A DNA stretch of 62,956 nucleotides, filler included, from Jimgerdemannia flammicorona (lineage: Eukaryota), in NCBI GenBank assembly GCA_003990765.1. It is 2 parts of 2 records of this genome, joined end to end, with 100 filler letters (N's around TTAATTAATTAA, not from the genome) between each part and the next. Parts side by side here need not be neighbours in the genome. Positions count along the whole stretch, not along the records: positions 1 to 31,430 come from RBNJ01000400.1; positions 31,531 to 62,956 come from RBNJ01000401.1. The stretch is one strand, 5' to 3'. Below the pieces are notes generated by a model. That model searched no databases. It was not told the DNA's origin and saw only the letters and a list, made by a program, of their open reading frames with translations. A program made the translations under genes and the position numbers. This document shows positions 23,191 through 36,233 of this stretch, one piece after another (the first letter of the stretch is position 1; each line of letters begins with the position of its first letter).

Positions 23191-25133
23191 ATGGTATGTG
23201 CATCTTCGCAGTCGCCCTTTGCTTTGCGTACGGCTTCCCAGAAAGATGACAATCGATTGATGTGCGAACCGTAAAAAATGGATGGAATGGATGCCGGATG
23301 GATGAAGGGTGGAGAGATGATGTGTATCGGAGGAATGGTATCCGTAGGCGTTGCAGACGGTCGGCAGGAAATGTAAATCATCTATTATCGGATGGATGTG
23401 TCAGGCGTGACTGGTGGCGATGGAACTCGGAAATGTACGGAATGAATCAATGACTGGACGCGTCGAGGGACCAGTGTGATTTTAGTGCACCCACAGCGTT
23501 AATGCAAACGTTTGGAATGGTCTGCCATTGTCCCCAATAGCCGTTCGTCAAAGCTATCAAGACCAAGGCTTACTTCAAGCGCTTCCAGGTCAAGTACCGC
23601 AGACGCAGGGGTAAGCACGAGTTTTTCTTGGGTTGTACTTTGGTGCAAACGCGACATTTCTCCGATGACCAACCCATCCGAAGTCCAGCAATCTACACCT
23701 TTCAGTCAATGGCAGCAGTGATGATACACAAATTTTGCATAGTTCACTCTGAAACTATCGTGTAGATCTACAATATTCTTTCGCTCCTATCTGATACTGC
23801 TTTTGACGGGATTCCGCGGGGCTGTGGTTCAAACTCGGCGTTATAACGTCGAGCGTGTTGTGCACAAGCCGTTGATATCATACAATCCTGATAATCCGAG
23901 CCTCTCTATTCTCGTATTTTGTTCCCTTCCTCGGACGACCCTTTCCTGCACACGAACAGAGGGCAAGACGGACTACTACGCCCGTAAACGCCTCGTGGTC
24001 CAGGCGAAGAACAAGTACAACTCCCCCAAGTACCGCCTGGTGGTCCGCTTCACCAACACCGATGTCATCGCCCAGATCGTCTACGCCAAGATCCAGGGTG
24101 ATTTCATCCTTACTTCTGCATACTCGCACGAACTCCCGCGCTACGGTATCAAGGGCGGCCTGACTAACTGGGCTGCCGGTGAGTTTCGGGTTGTCTGTTA
24201 CGGATGCCTTTCGCAGCGGTTTTGGATGGAGTGGGTGATATAAGTTGGGGGTGGTGATCGTGCGTGATTATGAGCGATATGCGAAGTGGATATATTGAAT
24301 ATATTGAGAGGAATTCCACTTTCTATAAGAGGAGGGCATCAAGCTATGGATTTTCGATGGTGCAGTCGGAAACTCACTATACTATCCCCTATTTTACGCA
24401 GCTTATGCCACTGGTCTCCTCCTTGCCCGGCGCACCCTCGTCAAGCTCGGCCTTGCCGATAAGTACGTGGGTGTTACCGAACCCGACGGTACGGTCTCGG
24501 AGGTCGAGGCTCTCGAAAACGCGCCTCGTCCCTTCAAGGCCTTCCTTGATGTCGGCCTGAAGCGTACCTCCACCGGCTCTCGTGTCTTCGCTGCTCTCAA
24601 GGGTGCGTCGGACGGCGGTATCTTCATCCCCCACAGCGAGAACCGTTTCCCCGGCTACGACGTCGAAGGCAAGAAGCTCGACGCCGAGGTCCTCCGCAAG
24701 TACATCTACGGCGGCCACGTCGCCGAATATATGGAGTACCTCGAAGGTGAAGATGAGGAGAAATACAAGCGCCAATTCTCGACGTTCCTGAAGGAGGGTT
24801 TGGCTTCTGACGATCTGGAGGGCATGTACAAGGATGCGCATAAAGAGATTCGGTATGTTGTATATCTCTGAGTTGTGGGTTATTACGTCGTCATTCCGTC
24901 GACTATCTGGAACCCTCTTGCCTTCTTCAATATATCTCGTTCATAAATCGGAATACCCTTCCCTTCACTCCAGTGCCAACCCCGCATTCAAACCCACGGA
25001 GAAGAAGAAACCCGCCGCTGGCGAGAAGGTGAAGGTCTACAAGGAGAAGCGCCTCAATCTCAAGCAGCGCAAGAACAAGATCGCGCAGAAGAAGGCCCAC
25101 TGGGAGAAGAAGAACCTGGGCGGCGACGAATAA
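23191..25133 (+). CDS. RPL5: 60S ribosomal protein L5 (uL18); exons 23191-23193, 23541-23610, 23960-24178, 24402-24852, 24974-25133
   Basis: [93 protein letters not shown]. Canonical splice sites. The ATG-only first exon (ATG|gtatgt) is inferred. Confidence 0.96.
23715..23800 (+). ncRNA. snR60: Box C/D snoRNA of the snR60/U80/Z15 family in RPL5 intron 2
   Basis: Box C GTGATGA at 23718, internal CTGA at 23749, box D CTGA at 23791, terminal stem GCAGT/ACTGC. Guides GCATAGTTCAC and TCTTTCGCTCCTAT are complementary to the conserved LSU rRNA segments GUGAACUAUGC and AUAGGGGCGAAAGA. Confidence 0.88.
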
Positions 25134-25887
25134 AAAGACGCTGTCGCGGTCGTTGATTGGTGATGAGGATGACGTCTTACTGTCGATGCTGTGCGTTACC
25201 CTCGTAAATAAAAAAAAAACAAAACAAACGAAAAAACATTACTACGGCTCGCACAAAAACAACCATATACGCCGCATCTTCAATTTTACGGACGTTAGGG
25301 CAGAGAGAACTGATACGGTAGAGTCACGGCATAAAAATCTGAATACTCGAGATGCCGTATTCGTTTTACATCAATGCACCTTCAGTAACAAACAAGGCCG
25401 GATGGCCGGTGCTTGCTTTGTTATTGAGTACCCTGAGGTGTTGGAAATGTGAAAATGTTCACCCGAAGGTTTACAATCCTGAAATGTTCTAGCATGTTGC
25501 TCGAACTGGTGAATGCACTTGATGTGATATCAGAGATTGCCAAAGTTTTCGCAAGGCGATCTTCAAATCCCAATAAAATGATGATGCCGTCCCGCATTGG
25601 TTTCCGCGTTTCCGTACCCATTAAGCGCGGAGCCAAATGACAGATCGCTTTATTTGTATTGCTAAGTTACAGGATGTCGAAAACGTGTAATATCTGTTAA
25701 TGAAGTCAGATGATATTTAATGCTTTACTTTGCGTATATGTAGTAATGGCGAAAAAAATTGTTTGTAAAAATTGTAGATGTAGATAACCGTTGAAGTGAA
25801 AGTACAGAGTTCATGATATATACAAGTTGTCGGCCCACAATGTAAGATACATATTAAACATATTAATCGGCAAACTTGCCCACTAAC

Positions 25888-28640
25888 CTACTTCCTTAGG
25901 TTCTTAAACCCAAATTTCTTGATCACGCGTCCAAAATGTCCTGGCCATTCACGACGAACTTTCGAAGAGGCAGGAACAGGTGGCGGTGGCGGTGGTGGCG
26001 AGGCAAGCTGGAAAGTCTGCAATGGTTGGAGGGCTACGGGTTCGGGGGTTGGGGATGGTTGGTATTCGGATGCCAGAGTGGGAGCTGGTGTGGGGGACAC
26101 GAGGAATGTGGGGACTGGCGAGGGCGACAGGCGGGGTGAGGGGCTTGGCGTCGGGGGACGGAGGTGGTGGACGGACGATATCGCGGTGGACTTGAACCCA
26201 AACTTCTTGACGACACGCTCGATACTATCTAAGCCGCGAGCAAGTTCCTCGAGCGGTGGACCGAATGAGAGGCGAACGAAGTGGTGACAAGGTGATTCGA
26301 AAAGCTCGCGCCGGTTAGAGGGCTGTAGATATAAAATAATTGAAGATTGGATGCATGTGTGGTTGTTTAGATGAATCAATGGTGAATTATGCCGTGACCC
26401 AGAGAAATAAGGCTCGAAGAGCAGACACGGAATCTTACGTTGATGTCGAAGAAAATGCCGGGAACTGATCATGACAAAAAAAAAAAAAAAAAAAAAAAAT
26501 CAGACAACAGCGTCAGAATGCGTCCATGTGGTAGCATAAAAGAAGGTGTGGAGGGTAGCGCTTACCAAGAATACTGGGGGCCAATTGTCACGTGTACATG
26601 AAAAATAATCATAAAAGAAAATCGATCAATGACAGACAGACTAGCCAAAGTATATACAATCTTAAAAATCAAAATCCGAATCCGAAAAACCGTTTCATAA
26701 CACCTACACTTTCTCCTTCAGACACTCCTCAAAGAACACTAGGCCTGCATCGATGGGGTGCTTCAAGGTCTTGAGGTCGAGCCACACGTAGAAAGTTGCA
26801 TCAGGCTTGACATGCACCCCGAAGCCTATTTCTTCGAGCCTACGAAGTACAAAGTCACGTTTGGCGCGGAAATGAGTCTGCAGCGCCGCCGCCTCTGTGG
26901 TGTATCTGACCGGATCAAGAAATGGAATAGACGCAAGCTGCAACGGGTGGTTGGCACCACCTTCGAGAAACGAGCCCGCAGATTGCATCGACGAGACGAC
27001 GGGTTTGGGGCCTACGACCCAACAGATACGCCAGCCAGGGAGGCGGAAGTTCTTGGTAAGGCCGTCGATGATGATGACGGGGTCGGTGTTGACGTCTGAG
27101 TAGGTGTGTAGATGAGCGTGGATGAATCTGTTGAATGGTCGGTTTCCATATACACAATTTACACTTCCCCCTTCTTTGGCACCTACCATTGACGAATTCA
27201 CTAATGCTCACACACCTCCCGTTCTGCTCCTCCGGATGCGAGTAGATGTATGCTGAATAAAATTCGTCCATCACTAGAGTGGCGTGCCTTTCCCTTCCTA
27301 TTTCTACCAGCTGGCGTAGCTCGTCACCCTCGATTAGTTGACCTGTCGGGTTCCGTGGATTCGACGCAACAACGACGCCAAGTCCTCGCCCCGATATTTC
27401 TTTGCTGAACGTTTGCGGGTCGATGTGGTACCTTTTTTCCTCTTCCAGCGGCGTTGGTATAGGAACGAACTTTTTGAAGACGGAGAGCATCTGTTCGTAG
27501 GCCGTGTACTGCCGAACATCGGGAACAAGTAAACCGTGGTAGTCTCGTCAGCACCAAAAAAAAAAAAAAAAAAAAGACATCCAGAAAAATGAAAGAGGTT
27601 TTATCAAGCACGCTTACCTCCGGAAGGAAGTATCCAACATTGACGTTACCGATGGCGGCTGCCACACGGGTCAACCCAGCACGACCACCAGGGACCACAC
27701 ACACCTGGTCAAGAGAAATGACCAATATTACATTGGTTATCTGTCATTTCCATACGTAATGATGGCTTATATAATTCGCGTTTTCTTAGGTGATAAATTA
27801 TCTAGCTAGCAAACGGCTTTTGATAACAAAATAGCATGATCTATCAATCCCTGGGATGTAACAACTACTCACATTTTCCCAGGTATATTGCGATTGTTTC
27901 CCTTTTCTGTAGAGGGTGTTATAAAGGTTTGCAATGGCACTACGAAGAGGTTTGATACCTGCAACGGGGGCGTACTCGTAGGAACTCACGGGGACGTCGA
28001 TGTGGGTGGGCTTGTCCATGCAACCATTGATATGGCCGACTTAATTACGTGTGACCGCGATAATTTAAATCAAGTGACTCTGGCACGCTGGTTGCTGACG
28101 AGAGAAAGCGACGAAAACAAACTCATGAACTCACCTTCCGGCGCTCCCTGGCCAAAGTTGGCCCTAAAGTAACGATTTATTAATGCGAACGGAGAATTGT
28201 CATTTGTCACGCGATAGGATGGTGCACGGTGAAAATTGCAGATTTCTAATCTTTCTCCAGGGACAGATATTAAAGACTCTGTCATGGTTCTTGCTACCCA
28301 AACAACTCACCAAGTCTCATCGCCATACGTGAAGCCGCGATCCATGGCGCGGTCCATAACGTAGATCACGCCAGTCGATGCAGGGTGCTGAATGCCATAG
28401 ATGGCGGTATTATCATTACATTTCGGTGCGTTACCCGGATAGGAACGGAGAGTCTGAAAGGCGCTGGAACCCTTTTCGCTGTATAAAGATAATAATAATA
28501 GTTATGAGACATCTTGTAATGACAGTAAATTATGAAAGTGAACTACCCGACAACTTGCGTGCATCATACCTGCGGAGATTTTCGACAACCGTTTTGGCGA
28601 CGTCGGCAAAACGTGCCTTTCCCTTGAGTGTACTCGACAT
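25888..28640 (-). CDS. PLP-dependent aminotransferase class I/II, multi-exon, including an 8-nt micro-exon
   Basis: Motifs STGVIYVMDRA, WANFGQGAPE, YAPVAGIKPLR, VVPGGRAGLTR, SNPRNPTG, MDEFY, DGLTKNFRLPGWR (PLP lysine), TFYVW, VPGIFFDINP and HFVRLSFGP. Confidence 0.9.
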
Positions 28641-29499
28641 TGATTTGAACGATGCAAACACACTGAGAAAGTGACTAAAATCAGGCTGGTGCTTGGGGTG
28701 GGACTCGAGAAATTATGGGCTATGGAATACCCTCGTCCCCTTTTTAAATACATCTGGAAATTGACACATCGCGGCAGGTGAACGACCTTATGTGGGGTCA
28801 GTACGTCAAGGACGCGAAATTCATGGTCACGCCAAATCATCCGCAACTACCACGTGGGGAAGTCTGACTCGTCATAAATTGCAGCAGATACCCGGTGTTA
28901 TTGTTGGGTGGTATTCAATTTTAGTCATTGGCGATATCACGTTGGGGTTTTGCAACCCATCAAAGATAGAGAGATGCGCAAGACTCAGATAATCGCCCGT
29001 TGTGTTAAGAAGGGGGGGTAAATCATGACGCCAATGACCTTACTCTTGCTTTATCACACTTGCAGGAGCTGAGTCTTGTCTTTTCGGGAAGAAAACAAAG
29101 ATAGTTTTAGGATGGAGAGTATTGATGCATATTGAATTCTAATTTACGATGGGGACAGTACATGCCTGGTTGAGGTATTGTAACAGGCGAACAAAAGAGA
29201 ACACAATACTCTGTCATCCAAGCTTTTCTCGTATGTGTACGAAAGACATCAAATCCAATGCATTATATTACTAATATTATAATTATTCATCAACGTGCGA
29301 GTACGTTGAAAGCTTCCGGAGTTTAGCGATTGGCGACATAGGATATGATAATGTGTTTCTTCTTCATAAATCAAGCCCAGGCAACAACCAAATCCCTGTC
29401 CAATTCTGTCTAAACACACACATGACGATAATGGAATCCATTGCGACTTCAGGTTGGTTCCATTGATATTCTTGGGAAGACAAAAATAAAATAAAATAA

Positions 29500-30230
29500 A
29501 TAACGTTCACAAAGAGTAAAGAGATCCCTCCCTCCTCCCAGGGGTCAGGACGAGCCACTTCCATCATGTCACACACACCCACGCTGCAGCAATATCCTCG
29601 CTCTTAGGGTCAACGTTGAAAACGAGGATTTGGTGTGCGGGGGCAAGGGGGGGAAGATGAGTTGTGGGTGGAAATGAAGTGTAAGGGGAAATGAGAGGAG
29701 TATACGTGGTTGCGCACCCGATGATTTCGGAGACGACGTTCTTGTCGCGGCCGGGCATGAAGACGAGGACGTTATGCCGAGTCGCTCATAATGTTCTTGT
29801 TGAAGTCAAGGGAGGCCTCGGCGTCCAGTTGCCGAGGAGGTAAGAAAGCCGAGGCGTTTGTGTTGGGTGGGACTATTGATGTGTTTATGCGGTCTACATG
29901 TGTCTTCTCTCCCACTCTCTCGCCACCCTTCCTCTTTCCCACACCACCGCCTAACATGTACTTCAACCATAAACACGCAGAGAGACTCACTTTTTTTACC
30001 CCCACAAAACGTCAGTGTACAGGATACGCTCGTGCGCCTCGTCAACCGTGATATTGTAGCGGGTCGAAGAGCATGCCGTCCGTCACGTGTCTTTGCCATC
30101 GAGGCCTCCTCCTTGTAGTGGATCGTGGACCGGCCTAAGAACGTGTGTACGTGTGGATTTGCATCACATACGTACGCCTTTGCCGAATATGGCGTCTATT
30201 TCTTCTCAAGCTTGTGGACGGGATGGAATG
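29500..30230 (-). pseudogene. Possible gene remnant truncated by the adjacent retroposon; family not recognised
   Basis: GC-balanced, codon-like stretches with plausible splice sites, but in-frame stops and frame changes. It ends just before the retroposon 5' end at 30261. Confidence 0.25.
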
Positions 30231-30260
30231 AATGAAGGAAAAGAGAAAATCGACATACCA

Positions 30261-31430
30261 GCTCCTTTCTCCACTACCTTACTGGTCACAAGGTTTGGTA
30301 GGCAACCTTCCAAGTCTCCTTTCCCCTATTATTACCCCCTCTACCTTGGGTTGGTTTGCTGTGCCTGCAGGGGCATGGTAGGAGGAGGGCAATGGTGATG
30401 AGTTGCCCCTTTATCGGTGTCAGATTGGTGCTTCTTCCACTTTTTCATAGATTCTGATGCTTTCGGCTGCATCTGGGGTGTACCCATTTTGGTGTGGTGC
30501 CTTCTTCCTTTTGCTGTTGCCAACAAGGTATTGTCTCAGTGTGTCTCGGGCTACATAGAGAGTCAGCTGACCTTGGACATCAAGTGCTCAGTGTAGGTTA
30601 TCTGCAGGTCCTCGGTGCCTATGGTGGGGCCCTCTGGCTTTGGCGAGCTTCCCGGCGAGTGCAGTTCTGGCATAGGTGACTGCTTTTTGGGTGTTGTCGG
30701 GATGGGAGGGGAGATGGCTATTACAGATAGGCAGAAGGGCAATAACGGTGAACCAGTAGGATGCCAGGCTGGGGGTGGTTATTGGGGCTGGGGCAGATGC
30801 TACTTTGGTGGGGCCTTTTAATTGGTGCAGTATGGTTAGGTGGTAGGTGTCACTATTGGCTTCTTTTGGCAGTCAGCAGGGTTGGGCCCCAGTCATCAGA
30901 GGGGGTCAGGAGGCCCGAGGCTACTCATTTCAGACATCTTGGCTGCACTTAACTGGAACCAGGAGCTGACACAGCAACATGATCGAGGCCTGCAGGCTTG
31001 AGTAGTAGGGTATTGGGGGTTTCCTCCTGCCTCACATGTAAGTCCTTTACTCACCTCAACTGGGAGAACCAGGCCTACCCACCATGTTGTGCTTTGATGA
31101 GGGTTTTTTATTTGCTTGTTATTCTCTTTAGGGTGGCAGGGGCTATTCTATTTGGCTCAGGCATGGCCTTGTACAAATGTTGGGTTCTCAGGCATGCGCT
31201 TTCGGTCATTGGCATATGGTTGGGTTTCCCCTGGTGGTAGGGAGAGCATAGTGCACAGAATGAGGTGTGGGCCTATCAGCCCTGCTGCACCTGGCATGGT
31301 CGAGCTGCTGGACAATAGCTAGCCTAGGTTAATAGGGGGGCAGTGCTTGGTGGGTGGTGGGGGAGGGCTTTGGCCTATATAGTCTAGGTTCCCTTCCAAT
31401 AAAAATCCGCGGGACATGAGTCTGTTAAAA
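30261..31430 (+). mobile_element. ~1.2 kb poly(A)-type non-autonomous retroposon, copy A (apparently full length; 3' end runs into the gap)
   Basis: Collinear with the reverse complement of 50500-51694 along its whole length, starting at GCTCCTTTCTC. Confidence 0.8.
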
Positions 31431-31530
31431 NNNNNNNNNNNNNNNNNNNNNNNNNNNNNNNNNNNNNNNNNNNNTTAATTAATTAANNNNNNNNNNNNNN
31501 NNNNNNNNNNNNNNNNNNNNNNNNNNNNNN
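31431..31530. other. Scaffold gap with artificial TTAATTAATTAA spacer
   Basis: N runs flank a six-frame-stop palindrome. Confidence 0.97.
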
Positions 31531-32187
31531 AAAATCCATGGAATATTGAGTCCATTAAAAAAAATAAAAAAAAAAAAAAAAAAAAAAAAAAAGTAGTAGG
31601 TGTCACTCTTAGCTTCTTTTAGCAATATGTGGGATTGGGCCTCAGTCATTGGGGGGGGTTGGGGGGTCCAAGGCTATCTATTTCAGATGTCTTAGCTATA
31701 CTTAACTAGAACCAAGAGCTGATATAACAATGTGATCAAGGTCTACAGACTTAAGTAGTGGAATATTAGAGGTCTCCTTCTGCCTCACATATAAGTTCTC
31801 TACTCACCTCATCTGAGAGAACCAGGCCCTATCCACTGTAATGTACTTTGATGAGGGTTTTTTTCTTTGTCTATCATTCTCCTTGAGGTGGTAGGGGTTA
31901 TTCTATTTGACTTGAGCATAGCCTTATACATATATTGGGGTTTCAGATATACACTTTTGGTTGTTAGTATATGGCTGAGTTCCTCCTGATAGTAGGAAGA
32001 GCATGGTGCACAAAATGAGATATGGACTACTATAAGCTCTGCTGTGTCTGATATGGTCAAGCTGCTAGACAATAGCTAGCCTAGGTTAATGAGGGGGCAG
32101 TGCTCAGTGGGTGGTGGGGGAGGGATTTGGCCTATATAGTCTAGGTTTCCTTCCAATAAAAATCTGTGGGACTCTGAGTCTGTAAAA

Positions 32188-32231
<44 letters not shown>
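31531..32231 (+). mobile_element. Retroposon family: the 3' end and poly(A) of one copy (31531-31592), followed by 5'-truncated copy B (31593-32231) with a long poly(A)
   Basis: Shares ctagcctaggttaat..ggcctatatagtctaggtt..ccaataaaaatc..gagtctgt with copy A; A tail at 32183-32231. Confidence 0.8.
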
Positions 32232-32233
<2 letters not shown>

Positions 32234-32316
32234 TTATATGACTTTGGAAAACTCTGAATTGTACCCTCACAGTTATTATGACACTGATTTTACCCCCAAA
32301 TTGGTTTATATCGAAG

Positions 32317-32850
32317 ATGAATCTTGATAAATTGGGTTGTATGGACTTTGTACTAATAAATGAATATAAATAATACAGCTCACCACTTCCGCACTGGTAA
32401 GGCGGGCATGGGATCAGAAAATATTATAAGTAAATCCTCAAACTCCAAAAAGCTGCTGGTGTCTTTCGCCTCGCGCTACCTATTTTAGCAATCAGGGACT
32501 TATGAAACAAACTAGTAAAGATATAGCAACCTCTCAAAAGTAACAGGAGCGCTTATTATTATTATTGATTGCATCACGACATCATTTTCTTGTGGGCCCA
32601 AAGTCTAGTACTGCGCTTGAAAATCAATCCGCCTCACTTCTACACGGCTGCAGATAACATAAAATTTCCGATTCTCGGATAAACCAATTACAATTAAACA
32701 TACATGCCTGTCTGTCTACGGCGCCGTGCACAGCTTGAAAATGAGGGCTTGGTTACTTTTGAAATTTTCATCGATGCAAAAACAGTCGTAATCGAATTTG
32801 AAATGTCCTGAAATCTATCCAATCTTTCAATGGGATTATCAATATTATAT
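32317..32850. repeat. Dispersed repeat, copy 1 (direct copy at ~37956-38420)
   Basis: Shared blocks gatgaatct..aaattgg.ttgtatg, aaatgaatataaataat.cagct, ttttagcaatcagggact, gcttgaaaatcaat and caattaaacatacatgc. Confidence 0.8.
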
Positions 32851-33948
32851 TATACGCTTGACTCTCGATTTAGCTCGTGGTACGATATCGCCAGCATATA
32901 TCGGCTTCTCGGCATGGTGTTGGCCACGCTCTTAATTATTGAAAGTGTTCAGTGAGCGAATTTACTCCCGCGCGAACCAGGCCAGATACCTTGGGCATGC
33001 AGCGAATTTGATGGTCCAATAACTCGAACAACGTGGCATGCGAAACAATGAGCAAAGAATATAACATGAATATTATCAAATTGAGATGTAGAAAAGTGTC
33101 CATTATGAAAGCATTACAGTACGAAATCCAAAACCCACATGGTGTTCTCAATTATTTCAAATTGATACTTTATTAAGATCACTTAACTCATTTATCTAAT
33201 TATAATAAAGAATGTTTTTGAAAAAAATATGTTAAAAATATACTACTGACCAAGCACTCATATTTTAAAAGTTTCCGTAATCTGATTTTAGATCAAAGTA
33301 AAGGTAATAATTATAAAGATATATAATTTAAAACAAAATCTAGAGTGTGATATATATAAATATTTAAAATAGAAAAGATATCGGTTGTTATATATTATTG
33401 TAAAATTATGTTAAATTATTGAGCTAACAGTTTATAAAATCTTATTAGATTAATTGGTCAAATTATTATAGCAAGTTGGATTATTATCAGATTAATAGTA
33501 TGCATTTTGATTAGTGCTCTGAATATTAAGGATGGAGACGGAGGTTCAACTCTGGAGTCTTGAGAATGACCTGGAGTCAGATGGCCGGACCCCCGGGTCA
33601 ATGAGGTGTCGCCGGGGGTTATTGTTGTCATCGGCTATTGTGGGTGAGTGACGCTCTCAAGATGACTGGAGAGTGTTCTCATATAATGTGTGGTGTGAGC
33701 CATAATCTGGGCACCTGAAAAATCCCTTGGAAACACTGGCAAACCATATCTGACCCCAACCGCCGAACAAAGCTATTAAACCCGAGTCAAGCCCTTTCAC
33801 AACCTGGACAGAGCACCAAAAAGCAATCTTGGCAAACCGTTGTGCCGCCCTTTCTCTTGAGTCGAATAGCACATAAACCGAGCCCACCTTGGCCATGGTA
33901 AATACAGCAGTGCCAAATAATAATAGAAGGCTATTTAGAAGTGCCATG

Positions 33949-33990
<42 letters not shown>

Positions 33991-34122
33991 AAATGTGAGA
34001 TCTGTCAAATGGTTTGTGCAGTGTTTAGCATGATGCGTAAATCATTTGGGTTTGAGTTTATGCAACATCCAACGTATCCATTAGTTCATGATTTTTCGCA
34101 TCTTCTTCAAACTTTTTTTTTT

Positions 34123-36233
34123 TATTGACATCATCTTGAACAAACCCTGTTCTTTGGGATTCTTATTATCTTTCAACTTCAACATCATCCGGCTTCTGCA
34201 TTTTCGGCCATTCATTCGGCTTCTCCGGTGCGAGCACTTGCGCCCCAACCACATCATCCGCCATTTTAACCGCGATCAATCCCCTATCCTCTTCGCTTCC
34301 TCACTGTCTTTTTTCACCAGCGAGGCAGCGAGCCTCCTCTTGCGCCGCCAAAGTAGCAGATAACGACGATGACGCCCACGATGATGCTCACGCTGAGGCC
34401 GTCGGAGGCAGTTGAGATTATGGTGGTGGTCGCTATCGTGGTCACAACCACGGATTGCGGGTTGCCGGAGGCAGTGACGTTTGGGTATGGTATAGGTCGT
34501 GAGCCAAGACCAGGTGGTGGTATTTAGGACAATAGTCTCACTGGTGATACTGGAGGGAGCGGTGAGGTCGAAGTCGATTCCGCCTTTGTCGAAAAGAGAA
34601 AGCATTTTTCAGATTTTGTACATTTTATGATAGAATCGTGTATCCCCAAAGTAGCGAGCGAATTCCTTTTCTCCATTTACACACGTCTCACCTGTTTCAC
34701 TCAATGACAATACCAAGCAATTACTCACCTCCCATCACAATCATCGCATCCCCAACCTGCACTGTAGAGTGCTTAATTAGTGGCGCCGGGACTGTGCCAG
34801 AAATGGTGGGAGCCGACCAGATGAACGTACGTGCATCGAGAACGACGATGTCCCCGAACATGTTCGTCGTCTCTCCCTGGCCACCGTAGATAGTGATCAA
34901 GTAGTCATCCGGACCTGTTGGTGGATTTGGAGGGGTTTAGCGACTGTGCTGTGGACAGATGAGAACTAGATGTCCTCAAAGGTCCACAAACGTAACGAAA
35001 CCCGTCTTCGACATCTCCGTGCGGTGCCAATTTTCAAGGACCTCTCCCTCTCCCCAAAAATATATATATAGGTAAGACGTCGTGATAATTACCGACGGTG
35101 GCACTGTGACTATGTCGCGCCGCTGGAATTGCCCCTGTTGTGGTAACTTCCAGTTTTGTGCTGTATGGAAATATATTATCAGCACTTGCTATGTGATGAA
35201 CAATGATAACCATCAAAGAAAATCCGAGCTCTGACTGTAAAGCAGGCGTCTGGGACGTACTTATAAGTTAATGCTTGGCTCATTGGGATCCATACATTAC
35301 TGGGGGTGTTAATCACACCAGTAAGAATGAGAAGGCCGGAATGTGCGGTGTAAGAAAGAAATGAGGTGGATGCATTTAAGCTCCTGGCTTCAAATCACCA
35401 AGCCAAAGTCCCTCATCATAGGTTCAAAAAGACTGACTAAAGCCACAGACAATCAACTTACGGAAGCCAGACCATCCGATGCAGACGATGGAAAATCACG
35501 TTCAGCAGCTGATTTGGAATGATTGAGTGAGCCGGCTAAACTCGAAATCATCAGGATCACGGTGAAAAGTGTATGAGTGGGGTAGTACACATCACAAGAA
35601 CTTATACAGACCAAGGCTTGCAACTTGAGATGCGCCCGAGATGGGAGAGAAAAGTAAACCCATCCAGACCCAAGCGTTTCCGGAGTCGTCCCAAGCCACG
35701 ATGCTCTTAATGATTATGCAATGTGAGAACCATATTTCGTCAGAGTTTTTTTTTTTTTTCGAAATTTCTCTCCTGTGAGAGAGAAAATGGAGAAATAAGA
35801 AAAGGTCTCACGTCGGTGGAAGCGTTGAGGAAGTCGAACCTGGTAGTATTGTCCATATGTAATTAATGATATCAAACTTCGCCATCCCCATACGTTTTGT
35901 TAGTGCCGCTGTCTGGTCTGCCACGTAGAAGCCTGTCTGATCGGTAGTCGGGAACATTGTCTCGTACTGCGAGAAAGGAGCTTTGGAAAGGTCATCCGCC
36001 CTTTCTGTCCACGGCGGGCTGCTCACGCTCCAGGGTACAGAGACGTCGAGTGTAGCGGCGGTGTTCAGCACGTTCTGCGAATTGTTGGAGAAACCGCCAT
36101 ACACCCCAGATAATCTTTCTCAACAAGACCGCATGGGCGGCGCCGCGTGGTATTACGGCTTCGACCTGGATTCGCGTTGTCAACGCGCCAGGAGGATGAG
36201 TAGGCTCCAGGCGTCCGTTGGGAGAGCAGCCAT
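34123..36233 (-). pseudogene. Kelch beta-propeller single-pass membrane protein, frameshifted (probable pseudogene)
   Basis: Signal peptide MAALPTDAWSLLILLA, Kelch motifs VYGG, PAARHSHSATV, ITIYGG..DIVVLDARTFIWS and IVLNTTTWSW, an S/T stalk, TM SIIVGVIVVI and basic WRRKRR. At least four frame changes are needed to join these parts. Confidence 0.7.

Noticed and set aside
23194..23540. Additional snoRNA in RPL5 intron 1 (or intron 3)
   Set aside because: No convincing C/D pair with terminal stem and rRNA guide found by eye; an H/ACA RNA cannot be excluded without Infernal.
30261..31430. Short ORFs in the retroposon as LINE ORF2
   Set aside because: No RT, endonuclease or CCHC motif recognised in any frame.
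31475..31486. TTAATTAATTAA palindrome
   Set aside because: Artificial scaffold linker inside N runs.
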